Positions 1-10,800 of a stretch of DNA of 50,418 bases are shown here, piece by piece; the stretch's first letter is position 1; each line of letters starts with the position of its first letter. The position numbers were made by a program, and so were the translations under genes. The notes below the pieces were generated by a model. That model was not told where the DNA came from. It worked only from the letters and a program-made list of their open reading frames with translations, and searched no databases. The stretch lies in sequence record SRR20825006_1155; one strand, given 5' to 3'.

Positions 1-42
1 CTCGGTATACGACTAAATCAACAGGCTGCTGTGCCACAGACG

Positions 43-1413
43 CTAGCGAGCTTGTGGCGGGATGATGTCCGCGAAGGAGTCGATCTTGGCTTGTAGCTTG
101 CTTCGGACCGCCTTTTGATCGTCGGTCAAGGATTGCAACGGAGCCTTTTCGTTGCGATCCATCTCAACGTCGAAGAACGAGCCATCGCCATACAGTTTGT
201 AGCGTTGGTTGCGAGCAAATTCGCGAGCCTTCTTGGGACGTCCGTTTCGTTCATACCACATGAACATCGATTCGCGTCCCTGTCCCTCAGTGCCACCCAG
301 CACCGGCAGAAAGCTCTGGCCATCGATTGGCAATTTCGCGGGAACTTCAGCACCCGCGACCTCACACATCGTCGGCAGAAAATCACTGAAATCGATGATT
401 TGTGAGGTCACGCGTCCCGGCTGGATCACGCTTGGCCACTTGGCGATGCAAGTCACATGGTTGCCCGCGTCGACCATCTCGCCTTTTGCACCGACGACTT
501 CGCCAAACCGCGTCTGGGTGACGATCGGTTTGTCGGTGCCATTGTCACCGGTGAAAATCAGCAACGTGTTTTCGCGAATTCCGAGCTCGCCCAACTTGCG
601 ATCGATGCGGCCGACGATCTTGTCCACGTAAGCCACCATGTCGCCGAAGTGTTCCGGTTGGCCTTTGTAAGTCTTCGAGCCGTGTGAAGTCGGATCCCAG
701 TCTTCCGAATCAGGCGTGGGACAGAACGGACAATGAACCAGCGCCATGGGGTAATACGCCAGGAACGGCTGGTCACGATTCGTTTCCATGAAGTCGCAAA
801 GGAAGTCCGCGAATAGGTCGGAAGAGAACTCGCCTTCGTCGTAGTTCTCTTCTGTTCCATTTCGCTCGAGTCGCGGGTTGGGATAGCGGGTGTCCCGTTT
901 CTGACTGTCCATTCGTCCGCGAGTGTGTTGCCACAACAGCGACTCTTCGAATCCAAAGTGCTGTGGTGAATCCAGTTCGCTTCCCAGTTGCCACTTGCCC
1001 GCGATGCAGGTCCGGTATCCAGCGGATTTCAACAGATGAGCGAACGTGGTTTGTTTTCGGTCGAGCGTTCCAAACTTCACATAATTTCGCTTGTTGGTCA
1101 TACCGGTCATCAGCTTGACTCGCGACGGTGTGCAAATGGGCTGGGAGTAACAATGTTCGAACCGCAGGCCTTCGTTGGCGATCCGGTCGATGTTGGGCGT
1201 TTGATAGTCGAGCGCACCATTGGCACCGATGCATTCAAACCCCATGTCATCCGCCATGATCAACACGATGTTGGGTCGGTCACTCGATCGTTGCGGGGCG
1301 GGTTCTTGGGCCGCAACCGCCGCGACGAAGACCAAAGAGCAAATCCAGACGGCAAACGTGGCCGATACGGTTCGCTTGAGCATCAGGTATTGTGAATCAG
1401 TGTTTTCGCTCAT
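43..1413 (-). CDS. Secreted sulfatase (arylsulfatase family, Cys/formylglycine type)
   Basis: Signal-peptide-like N-terminus. Contains RPNIVLIMADD, the CxPxR signature (CTPSR..LMTG), GKWQLG and GDNG motifs. Confidence 0.95.
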   Translation of the reverse strand: MSENTDSQYLMLKRTVSATFAVWICSLVFVAAVAAQEPAPQRSSDRPNIVLIMADDMGFECIGANGALDYQTPNIDRIANEGLRFEHCYSQPICTPSRVKLMTGMTNKRNYVKFGTLDRKQTTFAHLLKSAGYRTCIAGKWQLGSELDSPQHFGFEESLLWQHTRGRMDSQKRDTRYPNPRLERNGTEENYDEGEFSSDLFADFLCDFMETNRDQPFLAYYPMALVHCPFCPTPDSEDWDPTSHGSKTYKGQPEHFGDMVAYVDKIVGRIDRKLGELGIRENTLLIFTGDNGTDKPIVTQTRFGEVVGAKGEMVDAGNHVTCIAKWPSVIQPGRVTSQIIDFSDFLPTMCEVAGAEVPAKLPIDGQSFLPVLGGTEGQGRESMFMWYERNGRPKKAREFARNQRYKLYGDGSFFDVEMDRNEKAPLQSLTDDQKAVRSKLQAKIDSFADIIPPQAR

Positions 1414-1434
1414 CGGTTGCTGCTCGGTTGGAGG

Positions 1435-1806
1435 TCACTTGCTTCGAAAGATTCGCATCACACCGGTCAAAAGTGCCAGTCCGCCGAGTGCAGGCGCGAT
1501 GGCCAGCAGCAATCGAGGTTGGGCGGCAACCACGACGATGCCGATCACGCCTGCGACCGCCAATCCAGGTGGCAGCCATCGGGCGGGTCGCTTGAGAGAA
1601 TCCCACGCCAGCCACAACGCTCCCAGGACCAATCCGACACGCAGCAGCGCCGCGGTGACAAAGGCATGGGTCGACGCCGAGCCGAGGGTTTCCTCGCCGA
1701 TGCCCGCGAAATAGAACGTCCCGCCCATGCACAGCATGACAGCCGAAAGGATTCCAATGGCATTTCGCCGCCAGGATCGCTCGGGTGTCGAAGCGGAAGT
1801 GTCCAC
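1435..1806 (-). CDS. Small hypothetical membrane protein (about 4 TM helices)
   Basis: Hydrophobic helices lie in the distal part of ORF 1435..2034. It ends 21 bp upstream of the co-directional sulfatase. The GTG at 1806 was chosen as start and is uncertain. Confidence 0.7.
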   Translation of the reverse strand: MDTSASTPERSWRRNAIGILSAVMLCMGGTFYFAGIGEETLGSASTHAFVTAALLRVGLVLGALWLAWDSLKRPARWLPPGLAVAGVIGIVVVAAQPRLLLAIAPALGGLALLTGVMRIFRSK

Positions 1807-2042
1807 CGGTTCACGTTTTTTCCCGCTCTCTTCACGCGAAGTTTCTACCGCTGCGGCGATTATCTTCAGTGCGATGCGTGAATAGTTTGGCATGGCCACT
1901 CTGGGCGGGATTCTCGGAGGAAAGCAATTCCTGGAGTATACTGACAATCCGCTGAAGGTGCCCCCGCAATCCGCAGGTCGTGCCCTGGCACCGTCCCCGT
2001 TCAGCATGAATTTGCTTTCCCCCCATCCAAACAATCCATCGA

Positions 2043-3392
2043 ATGATGAAATCCTTTTGGCTCACGTCCCTCCGTCGTGCCCGTCCCAAGTCATGGGCGA
2101 TCGCTACCTTGATCTGCGCTGGCGCCTGCAGTGGTCACCTTGCCAGCGCCGATGATGCACCGAAACAACCCACGCCCGCAAAGACCGAATCACAAGCCCC
2201 CGCGAGCGAAATGCAATCGCTCTTCGACGGCAAGTCGCTCAGCGGTTGGACCAACCCTTACGAATGGGGCAAGACCGAAGTGGTTGATGGCGAGATCCAT
2301 CTGACCGCCGACAAGAAGTTCTTCTTGGTGACCGAGAAGATTTTCCATGACTACGAGTTTGAGGGCGAAGTCAAACTTCCCGAAGGCAAGTCCAACAGTG
2401 GCTTCATGGCTCGTGGCCAAGTTTCACCGAACAAGGTCTTTGGCTACCAAGCGGAAGCGGACCCGACCGACCGTCGATGGTCGGGCGGTTTGTACGACGA
2501 AGGTCGCCGGCAATGGCTCAATCCTTTGTGGGAACAACCCGAAGCCCAAGCCGCCTTCGATCGCGATCGCTGGAACCGATATCGGATTCGCTGTGTCGGC
2601 AATCACTTGCAGTTCTTCATCAATGATGTGCCCACCACCGACTACTTTGACCCCGTTGATCTGAGCGGCCGAATCGGACTGCAGCACCACGGCGAAAAAG
2701 GCCAGACGTACCGCTTCCGTAATTTGAAAGTTCGCAACCTGGGCAGCCACGAGTGGAAGCCTTTGTTCGACGGCAAGTCATTGGACGGCTGGGAAACCGT
2801 CGGCGGTGGCACCTGGACAGTGGTCGATGGAATCCTGCAAGGCCGCGCCAGCAGCGAAGCCAACGAACCCAACGGCATGCTGTACAGCAAGCATCCGATG
2901 ACCGATGGAACCTATCGGATCGAGTATCGATTCAAAAAGGGCGACAGCGGCTTCTTTGTTCGCAGTGAGATCACCGAGAACAAACCGTTCGCCAAAGGCG
3001 TTCAGTGCGAAATTGACAACTCCGATGAAGTTGGCGGCCTGTACCAAACGGGCGGAGCAGGGTGGTTGGTGCGTCCGCTGCATTACCTTGAAACGGGTTT
3101 CCCCAAAGACCGTCACGCCGTCGTCAATCGTCACTGGAAACAAGCCCGGGAAGGTTTGCAACTCGACAAGAAACCTGTGGTTTCAGACGACGATGAAACG
3201 CCTTGGAACATGATGACCGTCAGCGTTCATGGTAAACGCATCGTCGTTCACTTGAACGATTGTTTGGCTGTCGACCATGTGGTGGAAGACTTGGCTGATT
3301 CCGGAGTGATCGCCCTGCAACTGCATGGCAACCAAGACCTCGAAGTCGACTTCCGTAAAGTCGAAATGCTGGTCCCAACCAGCGAAGAGTAG
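2043..3392 (+). CDS. Exported protein with two tandem DUF1080 (3-keto-disaccharide hydrolase-like) domains
   Basis: Two copies of the pattern LFDGKSL.GW ... N/DSGF ... GGLY ... WN ... G.I.LQ.H ... FR. N-terminal signal region. Confidence 0.9.
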   Translation: MMKSFWLTSLRRARPKSWAIATLICAGACSGHLASADDAPKQPTPAKTESQAPASEMQSLFDGKSLSGWTNPYEWGKTEVVDGEIHLTADKKFFLVTEKIFHDYEFEGEVKLPEGKSNSGFMARGQVSPNKVFGYQAEADPTDRRWSGGLYDEGRRQWLNPLWEQPEAQAAFDRDRWNRYRIRCVGNHLQFFINDVPTTDYFDPVDLSGRIGLQHHGEKGQTYRFRNLKVRNLGSHEWKPLFDGKSLDGWETVGGGTWTVVDGILQGRASSEANEPNGMLYSKHPMTDGTYRIEYRFKKGDSGFFVRSEITENKPFAKGVQCEIDNSDEVGGLYQTGGAGWLVRPLHYLETGFPKDRHAVVNRHWKQAREGLQLDKKPVVSDDDETPWNMMTVSVHGKRIVVHLNDCLAVDHVVEDLADSGVIALQLHGNQDLEVDFRKVEMLVPTSEE

Positions 3393-3412
3393 AGCTCGGC
3401 AGAGTTAGCGAC

Positions 3413-3771
3413 GTAGGCCAGGTTCTACCTGGCGTTGGTGATTGGCCGTTGGATCAGCCCCGTCAAAAGAAGGCTGAAAGGCGATCACGCCTCGCTTCTG
3501 CCGAAGCATCGGCGCGAGTGCCAGGTGAGACCTGGACTACGTTGCCGAACCGGATGAGCGATCGCAAAACCGATCGCTCATTTTCGTTCTGGCTAGTTCA
3601 AACCGCCCACGCCAAATCAACCTAGCGTTCTGCCCAAGAACGCGTAGGCCAGGTTCTACCTGGCAATGGTAAATCGCCGCTGGATCTGCCCCGCCAAAAG
3701 AAGCCCGGGTTCCGCCAACGCCTCGCGTCCACCGGAACATCAGAACGTATGTCAGGTCAGACCTGACCTAC
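3413..3771. repeat. Two REPIN/BIME-like units made of four 21-bp GTAG-type REP palindromes
   Basis: GTAGGCCAGGTTCTACCTGGC occurs at 3413-3433 and 3644-3664. Inverted partners are GCCAGGTGAGACCTGGACTAC (3520-3540) and GTCAGGTCAGACCTGACCTAC (3751-3771). Each unit is 128 bp and the period is 231 bp. The array lies between convergent genes. Confidence 0.85.
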
Positions 3772-3785
3772 TTCAAACCGAACCA

Positions 3786-4634
3786 TCACGCGTTGGCGGC
3801 GGCCCAGGCGGCGAAGTTGGTGACAGTGTCGTCCTCGCGGTTGCCGACTGGCAGACTGCTTTGCACAAACTCGCTGACATCGCAAAGCTCAGCGATCGAG
3901 TCGACAATCACGTCGGGCCCGTAAGCGAATTGGCCTAGGTCTTCTTTGTTCGTGCCACCGGACAACGTCAGCACGGTTCGGTAGCCCATTTGGACGCCGC
4001 CCAGAATGTCGGTTTCCATCGTGTCGCCGACCATCACGGTTTGGGACGTGGCTAGCTTCAGTTCCTTGCGAGCTGCTCGCATCATGATGGGACTGGGTTT
4101 CCCCACGCTAAAGGCTTTGCGTCCGGTGACCGCCTCGAGGTAAGCGACGGTGGCTCCACAACCCGGTCGTGTGCCGTTTTTGGTTGGGCAACTAGGATCC
4201 AAGTTGGTGGCAATCAGCTTGGCACCACCAAGGATCATGTCGACCGCCGATTCCAACGCATTGAGCGTGATCGTGCGTCCTTCGCCGACAACAACAAAGT
4301 CGGGCGAGTGATCTACGATGGAGAATCCGTTTTGATGCATTGCCTGCAGCAGACCGCCTTCACCAATGATGTACGCGGTGCCATTGGGTTTCAGTTTGGC
4401 GAGGAACCTCGCCGTTGCCATCGCACAGGTGAAGATATGAGACTCTTCCACGAAGATCCCCATCCGATGGAGTTTGGTTTGAACGTCGCGCCGAGTCCTT
4501 TGGCTGTTGTTGGTCAAGAACAGGAAAGGAATATCCTGACGAATCAATACGTCGATGAACTGATCGGCTCCTGGGATCAGTTCACTGCCGCGGTAGATGA
4601 CGCCATCCATGTCGATCAAAAAGCCCGTTTTCAT
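3786..4634 (-). CDS. HAD-superfamily subfamily IIA hydrolase (NagD-like phosphatase)
   Basis: FLIDMDGVIY (motif I), FLTNNS, GKPSP and MVGDTMETDI motifs. Start placed at MKTGFLID. Confidence 0.93.
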   Translation of the reverse strand: MKTGFLIDMDGVIYRGSELIPGADQFIDVLIRQDIPFLFLTNNSQRTRRDVQTKLHRMGIFVEESHIFTCAMATARFLAKLKPNGTAYIIGEGGLLQAMHQNGFSIVDHSPDFVVVGEGRTITLNALESAVDMILGGAKLIATNLDPSCPTKNGTRPGCGATVAYLEAVTGRKAFSVGKPSPIMMRAARKELKLATSQTVMVGDTMETDILGGVQMGYRTVLTLSGGTNKEDLGQFAYGPDVIVDSIAELCDVSEFVQSSLPVGNREDDTVTNFAAWAAANA

Positions 4635-4711
4635 CAAATCACTGCAAGAGGTTCGGGAGTCGAAAACTTGATTGACAATGGTTTGCCAATCTTGAGATCT
4701 CATCCTTAAAC

Positions 4712-4726
4712 GCAGCTTTCATACCA
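4712..4726 (-). promoter_or_regulatory. Possible sigma-54 (-24/-12) promoter
   Basis: Minus-strand TGGTATGAAAGCTGC fits the GG-N10-GC spacing about 80 bp upstream of the HAD start. It is only a partial match to TGGCACG-N4-TTGC. Confidence 0.25.
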
Positions 4727-4872
4727 ATGATCTAACGGTAGATTCGTGCCCGCTGTATATCAGCACGGTCGGACGACCGAACACGTGCGTGAACCTTGAA
4801 CACCCCCCTGCTCAATTCAACAGCACATTGCACTGGAATGAAAAAGCAGAGTGAATCGTCGAGCAATCCTCC

Positions 4873-7800
4873 TCACTTCACCTCGAGTGCATGGCTTTCG
4901 CTGTGGCTGTTGTACTGAGGTGCATACATCGATTCGATGCTTGCCATCCCAGTCTGATAGTTGCCGCGAAGCTGCACACGGCACCGCGATTCCAACACAT
5001 AGGTGCCTTTTCTGAGGTAGCCAATGAAGAAATGCTCGGCCGCGTCTCGAGTGCTTTGGTAATACCCCAACGCATCTTGCCGACGGTATTGGGACAGCAC
5101 GTTGATTGGCTCGGTGCCACTGCCGCGATGATCTCGAAGGTGCAAGAATTCCATGTCGCGATCACTGCGAATGATCAGTCTGGAGACCAGTTCATCGCCA
5201 ACTCGAACGGGTTCGTCCCCAATAGGACGCAGCACGGGGCCGGAATCCGTCGCACGGACGACAAACAGTTGCTTTTCGATTTGCAATGGCGTCCCATCGT
5301 GCGGCGTGATGTTTTCGATGTTCTCGAAGTACTGCCAGTGGACTCCGCCCCAAGCGATGCCTGAGGTGGTCTTCTTGACCTGAATCGATCCCATCTCGGG
5401 CGTGATCTCATCCGCCGAGAAACGATGCTGGTAGAAACCGGTGCCGGCTTCCACATTGCCCTTGGGGACTTCCTGTTGCCCCACCGCGATGTCGACGACT
5501 TCATCAGATGCCAGTTTGTCGGTGCCTCGCAGCAGCAACGCGTACACCGCATCGGCGGTGGATTTCGTGGTTTCCCAAGACTGAGTTTCTTTCTGACGCA
5601 GCAACCAAGCTTGGCAGAGTTCGACCCGCTGGAGATCGCCGGCGACTTCGTCGAGTACCTCAATCATCATGGCCTGCGTTTCAATGGGTGCTTGGTGCCA
5701 CCACCAGCCTGAGTTGGCATCGTTCCAGTGCATGCCCTGCTCATCGACCACCGATCGTTCGATCAATGACGCGACGATTCCTTTGGCCTCATTGAGTCGC
5801 CCCAATCGGTGCAAGGCAATCGCTGCATGCCCTTGGCTCATTCGACTCGACAACGACAACCAATGTTCTGCGAGCTGGTTGGTCCAGTATTCAACCGCTT
5901 CCTTGTGCTCGGGTGCGGTCGGTTGATCCTTGTAGAAACTGCGGCCATACAACAGCATCGCGACCGTCGGCGAGACATGTGCCTTGCTGCGGTTTTCTGG
6001 CTTGATGCGTTCATAGAGCTTGGTCGCGTAAGCGTCCAAGTGCTTGAGCGCTTTCATCGCCACCTGCATGTCGACCTCGACGCCCAGATGTTGCAGTCGA
6101 CCGAATCCTGTGACAATCAGCATGGTGATGGTGTCGTTGGAAGGGCCACCATCAAACCAAGCGAAGCTGCCATCCTCTTTTTGCAGTTCGATCAAACGCC
6201 GCGTCAATCGGTCGGCTTGATCGTTGACACGATTGGTGTCAAACAAGATCCCAACGTTGCGACGTGCCTCCGATTCGGACTTGGATTGCAACACCCAAGG
6301 TGTTTCGGTGAGCGCGATCGACTTCAGCTCTTCGTTCTGAGCCAGAGGACTATCCAGCGTGACTCGACCAGCCGCCTCGGGTTGATTTCGCCACTGTTCA
6401 AACACACGCTGAATCCGAGGGTCAGACGTAGCGATGTGCCGAGCCAGCAAGTTCGCATACAAGCGATGGAACGTTTGCTCGCTGCATTCGTGGGGATATT
6501 CCATCAAGTACGGCAGTGCCATCACGGCGTACCAAGCCGGATTGGAAGTCATTTGAATGGTCAGCGATTCGCTCGACAGCGTGTCGCTGTTTCCTTCCAA
6601 CAACTTCGGCAGCTTGAAGGTTTTCGTTTCGGCACCGTCGATCGGCAGCGAAATGGATTCGTGCACCAAGACGCGACGAGTCAGAACCGGCAGGTAACCT
6701 TCTTCGCCATCGGACAACCGTCCGGTCGAACCGACCGCCTTGTAGACCAAGTAACCAATGCCATCGGGCACTTGGATTCGCCAAGAGAATGTCTTGGACT
6801 GGCCGGCGGGAATTTCAAACGATTGCTTGGGCTGGGAATTGCCGACTTGAGCATCGACGGATTCACCGCTGGCCGCCGACGACAGGTTCAACGCCACCAC
6901 GCCCGTTTGTGTTGCGGCGGATTGGTTGCTGACTTTGACTGTCAGTTCAATCTCGTCACCTTCCCGCAACGTTCGAGGCGGGTTGGGTTGAACCATCAAG
7001 TCTTTACTGGTGACTGCGGTGCCTGAAATGGTTCCGGAGGCAAGGTTGGCACCGTGGGCGAATCCCAACAACTGCCAACGAGTCAATGCTTCTGGCATGG
7101 TGAACTTCATTTTCACCGCACCGTTTTCGTCCGCGATCAATTCGGGGAAGAAGAAAGCGGTCTCGTTCAGATTCTTTCGTGGCGGAATGCCGGACAGATC
7201 GATCTCGGGACCATTGGATTCGGGGGGAGCATCATCGGCTTCTTCGGAATCGCTTGTGATCTCGCTGCCACCCACCATCAAAGGAGCGGCTTGTTTCCGC
7301 ATGGGAGCGGATGCGGCCATCGCCCCATCAGCCATCATCATGTCGGATTCCGCAAAGGCCATCCCGCGTGCCATTGGCATGGGGCGTCCGTAGAATTGGT
7401 TCAACTGCAATTCAGAAACCCAATCGGGATAACTCAGTTCGCCGCCGGGATAACTACGGTGTGACCACATGACGACCGTTGTCAAACCTTGCCATCCGTT
7501 GTTCAAATACGGGCTTCGCGTGCTTCGGTCTCGATAGAAGACGTTGAAGCCGGTCGCGAAACGATGCTTCGCGAAAACGTCGAGCGAGGCGTCGTAAAGC
7601 GTTGCCACCATTTCCATGATGGAATCCTGTTTGGCCTTGGTCGATTCATCCACCACCTTGGGCTCGATGACCGCGGTCCAAGTTTCTTCCGCACCGGGTT
7701 TGAGTTTGGAAACGAAACGTCCCCAGCGGATCGACCAATCTTTGTTCGTCCAGGGAACGTTGACGATCTGTTGATGCAAATGCAGCCGGTTCTCGTGAAC

Positions 7801-10800
7801 CATCATCACGCGGACAACAAAGCCACCTCGCATCGATTCATCGATCGCTTGTGTGATCTCGATTTGAGTCTTGTCGCCGGAGGTCCAGTATTGCTGCAAG
7901 ATCTCGCCGCGATGCTCGACTTCCACCAAGGCCTTGGCGTCCTCGTAACCGCTGCCCCAAACCGCGGTGAATGTTTCGCCTGGTTCCCACTGCGATTGAG
8001 GCGTCACAAACAGGCTGGCGATCGGCAGACCAAGTTGATCCGCTTTGGGATCAAACACTCGCAGCGGCAACAAGGCCGAGACCGAGTTGCCGGCTGAATC
8101 GACGGCCGACAAGACCGCACGGTAGTGTCCCTTGGGAAGCGACACTTCCCACGAACCATGTCCATTGGCATCGGTTTGCAAAGTCTTTGAGGACTGCAAT
8201 TCATCCAGCGGCCATGAATTTGGATCCTCGGGACGAACTCGTTTCGCTTCGCCATCCGCATCCGCTGGCAGCGGTTGATAAGCTCCCCAACGCGGTTGCG
8301 GAACGACCTCGGGAGCCTTCAGCGACCAGACTTCGATTTTGACTTCAGCGGCTTGTGCTTCGCCATCGAGCGAGGTTGTGTGAACCTGAATGTCGACTGG
8401 TTCTTGCTCCGTCAACCAATCGGGACGAGCGACGCTCATTCGAGCTGACATCGTCGTGTAACCCGCCGTGACCGTGCGTTTATCCGAGCGAGTTTCGCCG
8501 GTGGTGTCGACCACGTCAGCGGTGATCACGTATCGGAACGTGGGCTCGCTGTCTCGATCAACCGATGCGTCAGGTACGGCATCGAACGAAACATCAAAAC
8601 GTCCCAGTTCATCCGTGGTTGTTTCGCCTTGCACGATCGTTTGTGGTTCGGCGGGAGGCGTTGGAATCCACCAGCATCGCCATCCCCACCAAATCGGATA
8701 TTGGACTTGTCGTACGACCGTGTAGCGAACGGTTGCGTCGTTGATCGCGGCGCCGGTGTAGGCGGTTGCGCGACCGGAGACCGTCACAGATTCTTCCAGG
8801 CGGACCGGATCTTTGGGAGCATCCAGTGTGACTTCGAATTTGGGACGTTTGTACTCTTCCACACGAACGGTGGCGGTGCCTCGCGGGAACTCTCGAACGA
8901 CCAATCGCATTTGGCCGGTCAACCCCGACGTCGGCAGATGAAAACTGCCGTGACAACTGCCGCGGTCGTTGGTGGTCAAGTCCAACGTTTCAACGACTTG
9001 GTTGTTGGGGTCAAACAGTTGAACCTGCAACGATTTGCGATTGTGAGTTTCGTACAGGTTTTTTGATTGGTCGTACGTCGTTGCGATCGCTTTGAAGCGA
9101 AGCGTTTGCCCCGGTCGGTAGATCGCTCGGTCGGTGAAGAACACCGTGCGACCGCTGAGTTGATTCGAAGTTCGCGTGGGACGAATGGAATGATGCTGCT
9201 GGGCCGGAAGGCGATCCTTGCCGTTTTGAGCCAGCAACAACAGGTTGTTCAGGTTGGCCCCCTTCTCCGCTTTCAACTCGAAGCGACCGTTTTGATCTGT
9301 GGTCAGCGACGGCAGCGACCGGTATCGGTAGCCATTGTTGAAATTGTTCCGCCGCTGGCCATCGTTGACCCAGGTCCAAACGGCAACGGTGGCCTGCGGA
9401 ATGGGTTCGCCGGTGTTGGAATCCAGCACGTGACCTTCGAGTGTGCCTTGGTTCCATCGCCCGTCGGTGACAAGTGCCAATTCACTCACCCAAACCTGTT
9501 TGCCCGCCAGGTAGTTCTCTTTCCAAACGAAGTCTTTGTTGACGCTGGCGATCAGCATGTAGCTTCCCTTTGCCAGGTCTTTGGGGACATCGATTCGGTG
9601 AACGCTGGTTTTGAAATCGGCGGTTTCTTTCAAGTCGACCGACCACTGCTGCACGGCGGGTTCTTCGCCAAACTTCCTTAACCAATCGTGCTCGTTGTTC
9701 TGAACCATTTGCCCTGAACTGAGCAGTTGGTCAAAGCTCATTGGAACCAGTCGAAAGTGCACCTGGGTGATGTTCTTGTAGCTGATTTCGATTTCTGCTT
9801 GAGCGGACTCGGCCAGGACCGGGTTCCAAACACGTTCGGTCGCGATGTTGAGCTGGGGGGCTTCGATCTGTTCGATCAACGCGGCACATTGGCGACCGCC
9901 AAAACTATCTGGATGAGCTGATACGGCTGTCTTGGCAATTTGATGGGCTCGAACAAATTCTTCTTGTCCCATTTCTTTCTGCGCGAGCTGGAAACTGGCT
10001 CGGGTGCTGATCGGATGGTTTGCGTTCTCACTGAGGAAACGCTGCATCGCGGTTTGTGAGCGTTCGTCTTTGGTCGTGCCAACTGCGTTCTGTTCCGCGA
10101 AACGCAAACGGTTCCAGTTCGCGTCCAAGAAAGCGTCTTGTTGTTCGTCAGCTTTGGATTGACGGAATTGAACCCAATCCTGCATCAATTCTGTGGCTCG
10201 GCGAAGCGGCGATTCAAGATCGGTTTCCGGGATCTCCCAACCGAGGAAATCGGCGACGGGATCCAAGATTGGCGAGTTCGCTTCCAGTTCGAAACGCTCG
10301 ATCGGTCCGCTGTAGATCGAATGGGCGTCGACGAAGTGATCGATTGCTTGGTTGACCAAGAAGTCATAGACCGTCGGGCGATAAGACTCGGGGGCGTTGC
10401 CTCCCGTGATCAATCGCTGGATCGATGTCAGTTCGGTTGTTTGAAGCGTTTCAGCGTTTTCCAAAGCTTGATCGAACAGCCCACCGGCGTGGCGAATGAT
10501 CCGCTGGGCACTCCACGTTTTCAGGTCATCCGCTGACTTGATCGGCGCCGTGTCGTCCTCGCGAGTTTCGATCTCGGTGCGGTTTTGGAAACGCCATTGG
10601 TTTTGTTGCTGATACGAATAGAACCAACTGGCCAGCACCGCCTGCAGCAGCGGTTTGGCGGCCTCCGGTGCGGCAGCCAAGTCTTCCTGAAGATGCAGGA
10701 TCCGGTCTTCCGCACCGCCTCCATCGAGTTGTCCTCGCAGGGAGGCTCGCATCCCCATGGCCAAGATCGCGTCATCGTGGTCTTCTTCGGCGATCGCGGC

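Noticed and set aside
3413-3771. Possible CRISPR array
   Set aside because: The repeats alternate in orientation, the spacers are 86-103 bp and partly similar to each other, and no cas genes are present. The pattern fits REP/REPIN.
5809-7026. 405-aa plus-strand ORF and other 100-200 aa ORFs inside the A2M gene
   Set aside because: Antisense shadows of the alpha-2-macroglobulin reading frame with no recognisable domains.
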